NCBI GenBank assembly: GCA_964016885.1
Contig: OZ024747.1
Span: forward strand, 682,001-746,000
DNA from: Eledone cirrhosa
Taxonomy: Eukaryota
Length of the DNA stretch: 64,000 nt
Direction of reading: 5' to 3'
Positions 43,971 through 56,349 of the stretch are shown here, piece after piece. Numbering within the stretch: position 1 is the first letter of the stretch; each line of letters opens with the position of its first letter. The position numbers were made by a program, and so were the translations under genes. A model generated the notes under the pieces. That model did no database searches. It was not told the DNA's origin and saw nothing but the letters and a program-made list of their open reading frames with translations.

Positions 43971-46452
43971 GGGGGAAGTAGAGAAGACTATCAAGTGGCC
44001 AGGAGGGAAGCTAGGAGACAAGTGTACTTCGCAAGAAGGGAAGCAGAGGAAAGAAAGTTCAAGCATGTTCTACAACGTGAGGACCAAAAACGTGAGGTGT
44101 TCAGGATTGCCAGGCAATGTGTCAAGGAAAACCGTGATATTGTCGGGGAGAAGTGTGTACTTAACGATGATGGCATACTTGCCATCACCGACGCTGATAA
44201 GAAGGTAGCTTGGAAGTGTCACTACGAAAGGCTTCTAAATGAGGAGAACAAATGGGAGAAAGACAGTCTCCCCCAGATCGATCCAATAGAGGGACCAGCA
44301 GTGTTAGTTGAAGGTAGTATAATAAGTAAGGCAATCAAAGATATGAAGACGGGTAAGGCGGCTGGGCCTTCGGAAATAGTTGCTGAGATGCTGAAGGCAT
44401 CTGGTTCGGTGGGACACACCATGGTCACCCGGATAGTTAACCAAGTCGTACAGAATGGGGTTGTTCCGAAGGAATGGCGTAGCAGCATCATCGTTAACTG
44501 CTATAAGGGAAAAGGAGATGCCCTAGATAGGAGTAACTATAGAGGCATTAAATTAATCGACCAGGTCATGAAGGTCACGGAAAAAGTAATAGCGCAACTA
44601 ATCAGAGAGAGAATTGATCTAGATGAAATGCAGTTCGGGTTTGTGTCAGGCAAAAGTACCACAGACGCTCTTTTCATTGTACGACAACTACAGGAGAAGT
44701 ACCTAGCTAAAAGTAAACCCCTATACTTAGCTTTTGTCGACTTGGAGAAAGCCTTCGACAGAGTCCCCCGTTCCATTATCTGGTGGTCTCTTAGAAAACT
44801 AGGTGTTGACGAATGGCTTGTGAGAGCTATACAAGCCATGTATAAAGAAACAGTCAGTAAGGTTAGAATTAACAACGAATATAGTGAAGAGTTTAGCGTA
44901 AAAGTTGGTGTCCATCAGGGCTCTGTACTTAGCCCCCTACTATTTATTATTGCCCTTCAGGCTATAACAGAGGAGTTCAAGGCCGGCTGCCCATGGGAAC
45001 TCCTATACGCAGATGATCTAACGCTCATAGCTGAATCAATGACCGAACTAGAGAAGAAATTCCAAACGTGGAAGCACGGCCTAGAATCAAAAGGCCTTAA
45101 AATTAACCTGGCTAAGACTAAAGTTCTAGTTTGTAGGAAAGAAAATAAGGCGGCGGTCCCATCGGGGAAATGGCCATGCTCAGTGTGTAGGAAAGGCGTA
45201 GGTAGAAACTCCATTTTATGTCCCAAATGCAAAGTATGGGTGCATAAAAGATGTAGTGGGATCACAGGTAAGCTAACTAAGAACATAGATTTTACATGTG
45301 GCCGGTGCTCTGGTGCAATAAGTAGCAGCAAGTGCCCACAAAATACTAGCTCCTTCAACTGCGCAGAGGGTTCTATAGAAATAGTGGACAGCTTCCGTTA
45401 TCTGGGTGACAAAATCAGCAGTGGGGGAGGGTGCTCTGAAAGTACAGTAGCTAGAGTCAGAACTGAATGGAAAAAGTTCAGAGAGCTTATACCACTATTA
45501 GCCGCTAGAGGGTTCTCCCTAAAAATGAAAGGCAGGTTATACGATGCCTGCATACGAACAGCAATGCTGCATGGCAGTGAGACCTGGGCATTGTGTGCAG
45601 AGGATATACGCAGACTAGAGAGGAACGAAGCTTGCATGCTCCGCTGGATGTGCAATAGTAATATACGTGAACGGCAAAGCATAAACGAACTAAGGAAAAA
45701 ATTAGAAATAAGAGGGATCAGATGTTGTTTACTCGAGAGAAGGCTACGTTGGTACGGTCACGTGATGCGCATGAAAGACGACAGCTGTATAACAAAGTGC
45801 AGGGCAATAAAGATAGACGGTAGCCACGGAGTAGGCAGACCCAGAAAAACATGGGACGAGCTGATAAATTCCGACCTCACACGCTTACACCTCTCCAAGA
45901 CAATGTCACTGGACCGAGACCTTTGGCGGTACTCAGTAATAGAGAAGACCCGCCTTACCTAAATACAAAGTAAAAACCTACTACAGTCAGTAGGCACCTC
46001 TATCAAAACACACCCCGTCCCTCCACACCGCCCCTTTCAATGTAAAGTTATGTTGGTCCCACAACATCCAGGCCGAAACAAATGAGATCGTGTAGGTGTC
46101 ACGACAAAAAACACACAGTCCACGCTGTAAATGTGGCCATGTAGGCAACACGGTAAAAACCTCCCAGCCCCACACTGTAAATGTGGTTGGTGTTAGGAAG
46201 GGCATCCAGCTGTAGAAAACCCGCCAGACAGTCCACGCTGTAATGTGGCCGTGTAGGCAACACGGTAAAAACCTCCCAGCCCCACACTGTAAATGTGGTT
46301 GGTGTTAGGAAGGGCATCCAACTGTAGAAAACCCGCCAGACAGTCCTATGCGAGCAAGACAACCACTCTTGCCTCAAGTGGGAAAACCCCCGTCCAAACC
46401 CATGCAAGCGTGGAACACGGACGCTAAACCTGATGATGATGATGATGATGAT
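43971..46452 (+). mobile_element. 5'-truncated RTE LINE, same subfamily as 7304-10730, open RT/PHD frame to 45962, (GAT)n tail
   Basis: Uninterrupted GGSREDYQ...YADD...KTRLT*. The 3'UTR carries a ~113-bp tandem duplication. Tail at 46431-46452. Confidence 0.97.
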
Positions 46453-46475
46453 GTATATATATATATATGTATATG

Positions 46476-46506
<31 letters not shown>

Positions 46507-46535
46507 GTATATATATATGTGTATATATATATATG

Positions 46536-46566
<31 letters not shown>

Positions 46567-46569
46567 GTG

Positions 46570-46618
<49 letters not shown>

Positions 46619-46635
46619 GTATATATATATATGTG

Positions 46636-46666
<31 letters not shown>

Positions 46667-46667
46667 G

Positions 46668-46762
<95 letters not shown>

Positions 46763-47267
46763 GTATATATATATATGTGTATATATATATATGTGTATAT
46801 ATATATATGTGTATATATATATATATGTGTATATATATATATATGTGTATATATATATATATGTGTATGTATATATATGTGTATATATATATGTGTATAT
46901 ATATATGTGTATATATATATATGTGTATATATATATATGTGTATATATATATATGTGTATATATATATATATGTATATATATATGTGTATATATATATGT
47001 GTATATATATATATATGTGTATATATATATATGTATATATATATGTGTATATATATATGTGTATATATATATGTGTATATATATATATGTGTATATATAT
47101 GTGTATATATATATATGTGTATATATATATATGTGTATATATATATATGTGTATATATATATATGTGTATATATATATATGTGTGTATATATATATATGT
47201 GTATATATATATATGTGTATATATATATATATGTGTATATATATATATATGTATATATATATATGTA
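46453..47267. repeat. (TA)n/(TGTA) array between the 3' tails of two RTE copies
   Basis: Simple repeat visible in the sequence. Confidence 0.97.
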
Positions 47268-49044
47268 TCATCATCATCATCATCATCATCACCGTTTTAC
47301 GTCCGTTCTTCCACGCTAGCATGGGTTAGACGGGTTGTCCTGTTGTGGGCAGTGTCTGGTCGGCTGACCATGCCTTGCTCATACAGGAACTGATCTGGCT
47401 TGATTTCTACAGCTGGATGCCCTTCCTAACACCAACCTCATTTACAGTGAATGCTGGGTGCTTTTTCGTGGCGCCTACACGTCCACTTTACAGTGTGGGC
47501 TGGGTGCTTTTTTGCCGTGGCACCTCCACGGCCACCTTGCGGTGAGGGGGGGGGGGGCATATTGTTTATATGCTTCAGCATGTACCCATGGGAGGTCGGG
47601 TACCCTGTATTACTGCGTGACGCCAGAAGTCACGGTCGTGTGTCATTGACTTTGAGAGGTGTAGTTGGGTAAGGTCGGCTTTTATCACCTCATCCCAAGT
47701 CATCTTGGGTCTCCCCACTCCGCGGTTTCCATCAACTTCTAGTGCTCTGCACCTTTTTATGCAGCTGTCATCCTTCATACGCATCACATGTCCATACCAG
47801 CGTAACCGCCTCTCCTGCACGCAGCATTTGATTCCTCTTATGCTCAGTCTCTCTCTCAATTCCTTTATGCTTTGTCGTTCACGTATATTACTGTTACACA
47901 TCCATCGGAGCATGCAGGCTTCGTTTCTCTCTAATCTACGTAAGTCTTCCACCTTCAGCGCCCAGGTCTCACTACCATGCAACATCGCTGTTCGGATACA
48001 CGCATCATACAGTCTGCCTTTCATTCTGAGGGAGAAGCCTTTTGCAGCTAGCAGTGGTAGTAGTTCCCTAAACTTCTTCCATCCCGTTCTTACCCTAGTT
48101 ATTGTACTTTCTGAGCACCCACCTCCGTTGCTAATTCGGTCACCTAGGTAGCAGAAGCTGTCTACTGTTTCTACAGGGCCCTCCCAGAGATTGGTGGTAC
48201 TTGTTTCCTGTGGCTGTTTGCTTGCTGTTTCAGCACAGCTGCTGCATGTGAATCCTACATTCTTAATTAAGCTTCCTGAGATCCCGCTACATCTCTTGTG
48301 TACCCATTGTTTGCATTTGGGGCAGAGAATGGAGTTCCTACCTACACCTTTCCTACATACTGAGCAAGGCCATTTCCCTGAGGGGATCTGGGTTCTGTTT
48401 TCTCGTCTACTTACAAGGACCTTAGTCTTTGTCATGTTGACTTTGAGGCCCTTTCTCTCTAGTCCCTGCTTCCAGGTTTGGAATTTATTCTCTAGTTCTA
48501 CCATAGATTCAGCTATGAGTGCGAGGTCATCAGCATACAGGAGTTCCCATGGGCATCCGGTCTTAAACTCCTCCGTTATTGCCTGCAGGACTATGATGAA
48601 CAGGAGAGGGCTAAGAACAGAGCCCTGGTGGACCCCAACCTGTACGCTAAATTCCTCGCTATACTCATTGCCAATCCTAACTTTGCTGACTGCTCCCCTA
48701 TACATGGCTTGTACCGCTTTCACAAGCCATTCATCTACTCCTAGTTTTCTAAGAGCCCACCAGATTACTGCACGTGGAACTCTGTCAAAGGCTTTCTCAA
48801 GGTCGACAAATGCCAAGTAGAGTGGCTTACTTTTAGCTAGGTACTTTTCCTGTAATTGCCTCACAAGGAAGAGGGCATCAGTGGTGCCTTTCCCTGGTAC
48901 AAACCCAAATTGCATCTCGTCTATATTCACCCGGTCCCTAATCAGCTGTGCTATAACTCTTTCTGTTACTTTCATGACCTGGTCCATCAACTTTATACCT
49001 CTATAGTTTCCTCTATCTAGTGCATCGCCTTTACCTTTGTAGCA
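47268..49044 (-). mobile_element. 5'-truncated RTE LINE of a second subfamily, open RT/PHD frame to 47575, (CAT)n tail
   Basis: [16 protein letters not shown]...YADD...CSVC..CPKC..H..C..CSSC...PPMGTC*. Tail at 47268-47291. Confidence 0.97.
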
Positions 49045-49695
49045 TATGTATATATATATGTACATATGTATATATATATGTGTATATATATATATGTACA
49101 TATGTATATATATATGTGTATATATATATATGTATATATATATATCGAATTTTGTCAGTGAAAAGTGAAAGTTTTATGAAATTATTTGTAATGTATATAT
49201 ATAATATAATATAATATAATATAATATAAACGAGTTTTCCTTGGAAAATTGAAAGTGTTATGAATGTATTTGTAAAATATTTTTTCATTAGTTGTTCTTA
49301 GATAAATGTGGAGTCTTTTTATGGGTGAAAAGTTAGAATTTTATGATTTTCTTTTCTCATAGAAATAATACAGGAATGTATTAGATTATTCCATGACAAA
49401 ATATATATTTGGCTGATAACATTAAAATAAGTTGATACATTATTGAGAAAGTTATAATTTTGCAGAAAAATAACTATCTGTGTTCTATCATTCTCTTTTA
49501 TTTTTATAGAAAAGAAATGTTACATTTTTATATCAGCATCCTAAAATTTATGGTAAATCTTTAGAGAAACACTCGTCACGGCTGTAAAATGGGTTTTCTG
49601 TTCTTTTGTTACGTGTTTTCAACGATTCTGACCTCCAAACCTGTCGGAAGAGAGTTTTATGTGGTAGATATAGAGAGGATGAGATTTTGGTGGCA

Positions 49696-49995
49696 CTCTC
49701 GGGTCCCAAATAATAGGCGGGGGTAGCAATAATGGGGTGGGGCTTGGGAAATCAGTAATTGTATAGTGTACGTTCTTAAATATCGGATTTCTTGTAATGT
49801 TCTTTTGTCATATATAAAGTATTTTTAATGTAAAATAAAATTATTAGATTCTCCAGCTGCTGTATCAATATGAATCACTTACAATAAAATTTTGCCGGAG
49901 ATAGATTAGCAATGTTTAATAAGCGGGTGGGGGTGGAAAAAATGTGACAAATTAATAAGCGGGGGGGGGGGGCACGATTATTCAAGACCTGAGAG
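49696..49995. mobile_element. MITE, second copy of the 16107-16450 family in inverted orientation
   Basis: CTCTCGGGTCCCAAATAAT ... ATTATTCAAGACCTGAGAG|TA. Confidence 0.75.
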
Positions 49996-50133
49996 TACGT
50001 GAATTATTGATGGACGTAAGAATGAAAACTCAAAACCTAAGTAGTTTAAATATTCATTTATTATAACTAAGCCTTGTTACTCTGGAGTTTCGCCTGCGTA
50101 CTTACCAGACAGACTGGTGATATATATATATAT

Positions 50134-50305
50134 AATGTAAAAGGTAGACAGAAATAACAACACAATCGGTACAGTATATGGAAGGAATATATTAGGTTAA
50201 CACTTGAAATAGCAGGAAGAGGGTGTTAACGTTTCGCACGCTAGTCTTTCATCAGAAGAAAGAATGAGAAATAAGATAAATTGAGGGGACGGGCCGGTTG
50301 GAGAT
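50134..50305 (-). mobile_element. Hammerhead cassette (degenerate copy of 59127-59298), flanked by (TA)n on both sides
   Basis: Minus strand CTGATGAAAGACTAGCGTGCGAAACGTTAAC, with stem II broken by substitutions. The rest aligns by eye with the 59.1-59.3 kb copy. Confidence 0.8.
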
Positions 50306-50430
50306 ATATATATATATAGGAGATGAATAAATTGGGTATAATACCAGTTTCTTACCAAATACGAAGCTCGATATATTAACCCCTTAGGAAAGGGTACAGA
50401 GCTTAATCTTTTTTAAATGATATATATATA

Positions 50431-50657
50431 CAGTGGCGGTGGAACTGGGAGGCGGGGGGGCATGTCCCCCTCCAATAATACTTTCTCCCCAAACTACCAA
50501 AACATATCTATTTGGATATGTGCTACAATTTATGTACATGTTATGTTTATCGCATATCGAAATTATCTCACCATTTTAGAGTCAACGAGCTAAACTAATC
50601 ACTACGACTAAATTGTGCCCCCCCCCCCCTCCATTCAGAAATGCCTCCACCGCCTTG
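50431..50657. mobile_element. hAT-like MITE (decayed)
   Basis: Imperfect TIR CAGTGGCGGTGGA / TCCACCGCCTTG with subterminal GGGGCA/TGCCCC motifs. No clean TSD. Confidence 0.55.
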
Positions 50658-51515
50658 TATACGGCACCTTATCAAACAGTATCTGATATTGGGATATATA
50701 TAGTGGTTCTGTTCTAAGACAGATTTGATGGACTTTACATTCTATACCGGCTTATTTTTTCAGACATCCATCTTTTAAAAAGTCGATGGAAGATTTGATT
50801 ATTTCTAGTGTTTAACTCTAGGTCAACCCTGATCAAGTAGGCTTAGATTAAAAACATTCCAACTATTTACATCCTTTCTTCTATTCAGATAGTGTATCTT
50901 GGATTATATTATCTAATGTGTAGGTAGATTGTATGCTACATCTAGCTGGGCGAGGGACCGTGTAGAGGTTTAATATTTCTTGGCACATGTGTGTCTTCAT
51001 ACATGTAGCGCCTGATGGTGTGATGTAGGTCTTGTAGTGTAACGTCTGTGTATACCTGCCTCTTTTCTCTCTCATATTTACAAATCTAAATATTTACCTC
51101 AACTAACGATATTTCTTTATGTACACAAGTTGGCAATCAATTCTACTTTCATTTAAGGATTAGTTCGCCTCATGGTCCCAGCGGACAGAATGAGGAGAAC
51201 ATTGTCCCGGATGGCGAGGGAGACGTGATGGAACAGAGACTTCACCTTGCGGGGCTCGCACCTGCGGGTAGCCAACACTGTCCTATAGGGATTTGGTCCC
51301 AGGAGGGGTCAATAATGCTGGAAGTCTCAACATTCTTGATAGTCTCGGATAAAACGAATTGACGTTACTTCCACTGGAATTAAGACAATAGTCATAAATG
51401 CATGCTGAACATTTTCAGTTTAATGTGCTCATACTAAAATCTATTATTCCACCTGAATTCCCCGTAAATATTGACTTTTCAGCATTTATACTTTACTATT
51501 AAACTAGAGAGATTA

Positions 51516-51691
51516 TTGACAAGAAATCTCGAAATAAGAAATGAAAATATCTCGTCCGATTCACCGGATTTATTTTGTTTGCTCTATTCACAGACACGAG
51601 TCGACGAGGGAACATTTATCTTAACCTTACCTAATGAATCCTCTGAATTAGGCGAGATATTTTCATTTCTGATTTCGGGATCTGTTGTCAA
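51516..51691. mobile_element. Small MITE-like imperfect inverted repeat (~57-bp arms, ~60-bp spacer)
   Basis: TTGACAAGAAATCTCGAAATAAGAAATGAAAATATCTCG... pairs with ...CGAGATATTTTCATTTCTGATTTCGGGATCTGTTGTCAA. Confidence 0.6.
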
Positions 51692-51803
51692 GGATTCACT
51701 TTATTACGTAGTAAATATATGTTTCTGTTGTTTAGCCCTAGGTCAGCCTTGACAGAGAAGTCCCATGATTAAAGTTTCAAGTCATGACCATCCCCGTCTT
51801 CTT

Positions 51804-51962
51804 CAGGGCCGTCTTAACAGCATTATAGACCCCCGGGCAAAGCAGAGCACTGGGGCCCCTACCTACACAACCACTCACAGGAATAAAAATACAAATGGGC
51901 CCCCTATCCTCGCGGGACTTCCGGGCAACTGCCCAGCGTGCCCATGCGTTAAGACGGCTCTG
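51804..51962. mobile_element. 159-bp hAT-superfamily MITE with perfect 8-bp TSD
   Basis: TIR CAGGGCCGTCTTAAC / GTTAAGACGGCTCTG (1 mismatch). TSD GTCTTCTT at 51796-51803 and 51963-51970. Nested in the ~200-bp dispersed repeat. Confidence 0.92.
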
Positions 51963-53832
51963 GTCTTCTTACTCAGACATAGATACATTACTCTGTGTCC
52001 TTCACATTTTAAAGACATGATTTGTGGCTGCTATTTCTAGTAAGTCAAGTGGCCGCTTAGAGACTTTCTCGACGAATTTAACTTAAGCTGTTCATTGAAA
52101 GGATATGGTTGTGGTATTTAAGAAATGTGATGTCCATTAGTAATTTATTCATGGGTAATAATAGAGGAGGGCATTTAAGGACACAGACGTGTTATCGTCT
52201 GTAAGTATATATAGTCATAGGCACGTTCCTTAATACAAATACATAAAATAAATAACACGTTAAGTGTGTAAATATTGTTAGAACATTCTCTTGGTGGATT
52301 TATAACCTTCACTATATCTGTCTTCCAAGCTGTACTACTTTCTTTGTAAAAGTAAATTATATATATATATATATCTAACTTAAACACAAGGTCATACATA
52401 AAGATTTCTAATGTAGGCACAAGGCTAGCAATTTTAAGGTGTATGGGGTGGGGGACGATTGCTTTGACCCTGTTTTTGACGGGGACTTTATTTTCTCGAC
52501 ACCGGGAGGATGAAAAACAAAGCTGATCTCGGTGGGATTTGAACGTAAAATGCTGTAACTAAATACTAGAAAGTATTTCGCCGATTCACCGACCTCACTA
52601 TCCTAAATATCAATAACAACAATAATTTCTTTATCGGCTTCTATGAGATAGTTCAAAAATAGGGTCGGGTGGGGGCGGGAGTCGTGTAAAACCCCAGAAA
52701 AACATTATTTTACACGAAAACGAGTTAATGGCAGTAACAACAGAATGAATTATTTACAAAGACTGCCACTCCCCTCCCCATGTAGTAGAAGAGGACAACC
52801 GCTAAGTCAATCTAGAAACACCACAGACCAAGAATTGCAAGTACTTGTTCAGTGTCCGAACATTGCTGACCTGTGGAATTTTGTCGAACAGTTGTCATCT
52901 AGGATGAATGTGTAGATCAGACATGCCCATCGTGAATATCGTACTTTGTCTGTCTTTCCCAGCCAGTTTTCATCTGTCTTGTGGCTATGTCGAAATATTT
53001 TGTATTGTAGATGTGACTGAAAGGACTGAACACGGGCATTTTCTCATCAGCTAAGTCCTTATCAACTAGAATTCTTTCATGGTCAACCCCGACTGAACAG
53101 ATCTATCATCAAAGGCGTTCCAATTATGACCATCTCGTCTTTTTCTAGCATATATGGCTATATTGTTCAATATGCCTTTTCTATTTTGAGATGGGACGAT
53201 GTGATTAGAGGGAAATTTGGCTTCTCTTTCTAGCTGTCTAACGAAAACATACGCTTTTTCGTTGACTCGTTCTCTGACCATGTTTTCTCTCCTCGGCATC
53301 AAACTATATATGTACGAACTGAACATTAAACACATTGACATCACAACTGTGGAATGTATGCAAAGGTCATACACAGTCTTCCTCCGCCAGATGATATGTT
53401 GCCAGCTCATCTCTTACGTAATAGTTACTTTTTTTTTACAAGTCTACACAATAGAAGGAATACTTTCTAATGGCACTGAACGTGTGTGTGTGTGTGTGTG
53501 TATGGAAGTTATGTTATTGCACGCCATATATATAAAAAACTTATCACCTTCTTTGTAAAGCTGTCCAATTGAACAATTTTGGAAATTATCTATAATCTTT
53601 GACCTGAAATTCAAAGGCGGATGTTGGGGGATAAATTTGCAGGACTTCCCTGTTGGCTTCCTTAGGAACCCGTGTTGTTAGGCGGGATCAGAGGAGGAGA
53701 AGGCAACATATGCCCCAGTTGGTAAAGGCTTATTATTTTAATCATATACACTATATGTATATCATATACACTATATAGTATATCGTATACACTCTATAGT
53801 ATATGATATATGTATATCATATACACTATATA

Positions 53833-53865
<33 letters not shown>

Positions 53866-53870
<5 letters not shown>

Positions 53871-54012
53871 TTCGTATTCGCCTCATTCGGGAAACCTCTG
53901 GTAATGAGGTAATTATATTGTATTGATTTTATACATTAAATTTTGCTCTGATATTTACATAGAGCACTCTTCATTTCTATGACCTTTTCTGTTTCCAACT
54001 GGAATTTCAATA

Positions 54013-54015
<3 letters not shown>
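53866..54015 (+). mobile_element. 5'-truncated hammerhead cassette (3' half only) between (TA)n tracts
   Basis: GAAACC-TCT-GGTA stem III and cleavage site, then a body (TAATTAT...GCTCTG...TACATAGAGCACTCTT...GACCTT) related to 54285-54395. Confidence 0.6.
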
Positions 54016-54074
<59 letters not shown>

Positions 54075-54138
54075 GGAATACTGTTGGCTTTTTGCTACAA
54101 TGTTTTCTATACCTTTCATTTATATATATATATTATAT

Positions 54139-54329
54139 ATAGTTATGTAATAAACAACATAAGATAATTATTTCATTTACCAGTGGTTTCTTGAAAGCAA
54201 ACGAAATTTGCTTTCATTCATCAGAATGAAAAAATCCTGGTGTCTGATGAATGAAATCAAATTTCGTTTGCTTTCAAGAAACCACTGGTAAATGAAATAA
54301 TTATCTTATGTTGTTTATTGCATAACTAT
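54139..54329. repeat. Long inverted repeat (87-bp arms, 2 mismatches, 17-nt spacer) containing hammerhead motifs
   Basis: 54139-54225 is the reverse complement of 54243-54329. Confidence 0.95.
54171..54231 (-). ncRNA. Type-I hammerhead ribozyme (near complete)
   Basis: Minus strand: UUUCAUU, CUGAUGA, A[UGAAAGCAAA-UUUCG-UUUGCUUUCA]A, GAA-ACC-ACU-GGU-A, AAUGAAA. This gives a 7-bp stem I, a 10-bp stem II with an A-A closing mismatch, and a GUA triplet. Confidence 0.72.
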
Positions 54330-54396
54330 TGAGCTCTGTAACCTACATAGAGCACTCTTTTTTCTTGGACCTTTCCGACGGAATTACTTCATTCAT

Positions 54397-54431
<35 letters not shown>

Positions 54432-54812
54432 GATATACATGTATATCATATATATACCAGCCCCAAAATGTTTTCTTTTCTTTTTATTTCTTTTAGTGGT
54501 GGTGGTGGGGGCATTTCCTTTATATTAACCAGATTTTATAACGAATAGAAAATCGTCTGCACCATTCAGACATTTTGCAGCACTTCAAATCACACACGTA
54601 CACATACACCTACCTACACACATTGATATACGTTAAATATATCTACTTGAGTCGTCAGGTAGACTGCTATCAATAAAACTTGCCTCTCAAATTACAACTT
54701 TGGTAAGCAGGAACGAATGTGTGAATATCTCTGCACACTGCCTGTACTTTCAACATTTCGAATATAATTCTTCAATTTATTCCACCCTTATATATATATA
54801 TATATATAAATA

Positions 54813-55205
54813 TATATATTGGTAAACGGAATAGAAAATGCTGACAAATTGTTCACAGTTGAAAAATGGTTTAATTAGGAATAAAAGAGTATTAGTGATT
54901 GTATGGGTTAGTATTCAGTTGTGGTTTTAAGTTTTTAAGTTTTTACCGGTTGCGCATTTCTAAATGCTTTTCAAAAATAATTTTGAGATAGTGTCCGTGT
55001 TGTTTGCTCTGATCAGAGCAAACAACACGGACACTCTATCCCAAATTATTTTTGAAAAGCATTTAGAAATGCGCAACCGGTAAAAACTTAAAACCACAAC
55101 TGAATACTAACCCATACAATCACTAATACTCTTTTATTCCTAATTAAACCATTTTTCAACTGTGAACAATTTGTCAGCATTTTCTATTCCGTTTACCAAT
55201 ATATA
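54813..55205. repeat. ~393-bp spacerless palindrome centred on GA|TC (55012/55013)
   Basis: Arms of 200 and 193 bp differing only by an 8-bp duplication and small indels or substitutions. The left arm ends in (TA)n. Confidence 0.97.
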
Positions 55206-55299
55206 ATAACTTGTGTGTTACACCTCTATTCTTTTAACTATATATATATATAATTTTAACAGTGTGTGTGTATGTATGTATATATCGATATCTTAACAT

Positions 55300-55408
<109 letters not shown>

Positions 55409-55671
55409 ATATATATGTATATACACATATATACACACGTCTGTAATGTTTTATGTTTAAGATTGCAGCAATTTGGTAATTGTACTTTTAGACAGTAAAT
55501 GAATTCCCCAGAACTTTGGTTTACCGCGCGCACGCACGCACACTCTCTTTCTCTCTTCTCCCCTCTTCCCCACCTCACCCCCACAATCTTCTCCCCACCT
55601 CATTTTTATTCTCCGTTATAACACCCGTCTCCCCCATTTCTCGCCTCCCCATAAATCAAAATCAAATGTCC

Positions 55672-55852
55672 GTATTGGTGTGTATAGAGAGTCGGACGCC
55701 ATGCTTTCCAGCATAGTTACGTCCCTTTACGGTCTGAGTTCAAATCCCGTCGAGGTTAACTTTGCCTTTCATCCTTACGGGGTCGATAAAATATAGTACC
55801 AGTAATGTACTGAGTAATTGCTGGCCTTGTGCCAAAAGTAGAAACAATTATT
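55672..55852 (+). mobile_element. tRNA-derived SINE, same family as 13453-13640
   Basis: B-box GAGTTCAAATCC and a shared body ending GGCCTTGTGCCAAAAGTAGAAACAATTA. Confidence 0.85.
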
Positions 55853-56349
55853 ATAACCAAGTTGTTGAATGGTATACATGCGATGCTTTGATCATACTAT
55901 TTCGTCGTTCTTCCATTTAAACTCTTTAATTTATGTCTTACTTTGAACTGAAATAGCTATTTAAAGTCACAGCTATATAATCTAATCGTTGAACTTGGCA
56001 TAGCGATGTCTTCTATATTTAAGACTTTCACTTCTGAAAATGGCCTAATTATTTACACTAAGAACCTATCTTGATGATTTCCTTCAGTTTACCATGCCAG
56101 TTGGCAATAAAAATAAATTGGACTTTTTGCAGTTTTAGTTTATGAAATATATTAAAAAAAGAACAAAAGTTTCAATGTATAGAGAGCTATTTGTACTTAG
56201 CGTTCGAATTTTGATAGTTTTGGCGAGTATGACGTCTTAGTTTAACCCCGGGTTACCTCTTAATCGAGAAGACCTATAATTAAAGGTGTTTTAGCCATGA
56301 TCATCCTGTCGTTTATAAGCTATAGTGTATTTGGTATGGTATAGTCCCA

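Noticed and set aside
43455-45962. 835-aa ORF as a novel YI-repeat/RT fusion protein
   Set aside because: The N-terminus is read-through of a TA array into a 5'-truncated RTE. The same applies to 47575-49101.
51160-51310. HDV-like ribozyme suggested by GGCGAAC on the minus strand
   Set aside because: No P2 partner or P1/P3 nested pseudoknot could be assigned.
53066-53558. Overlapping 113- and 114-aa ORFs on opposite strands
   Set aside because: They overlap a dispersed repeat and (TG)n, with no recognisable domain or convincing splice sites.
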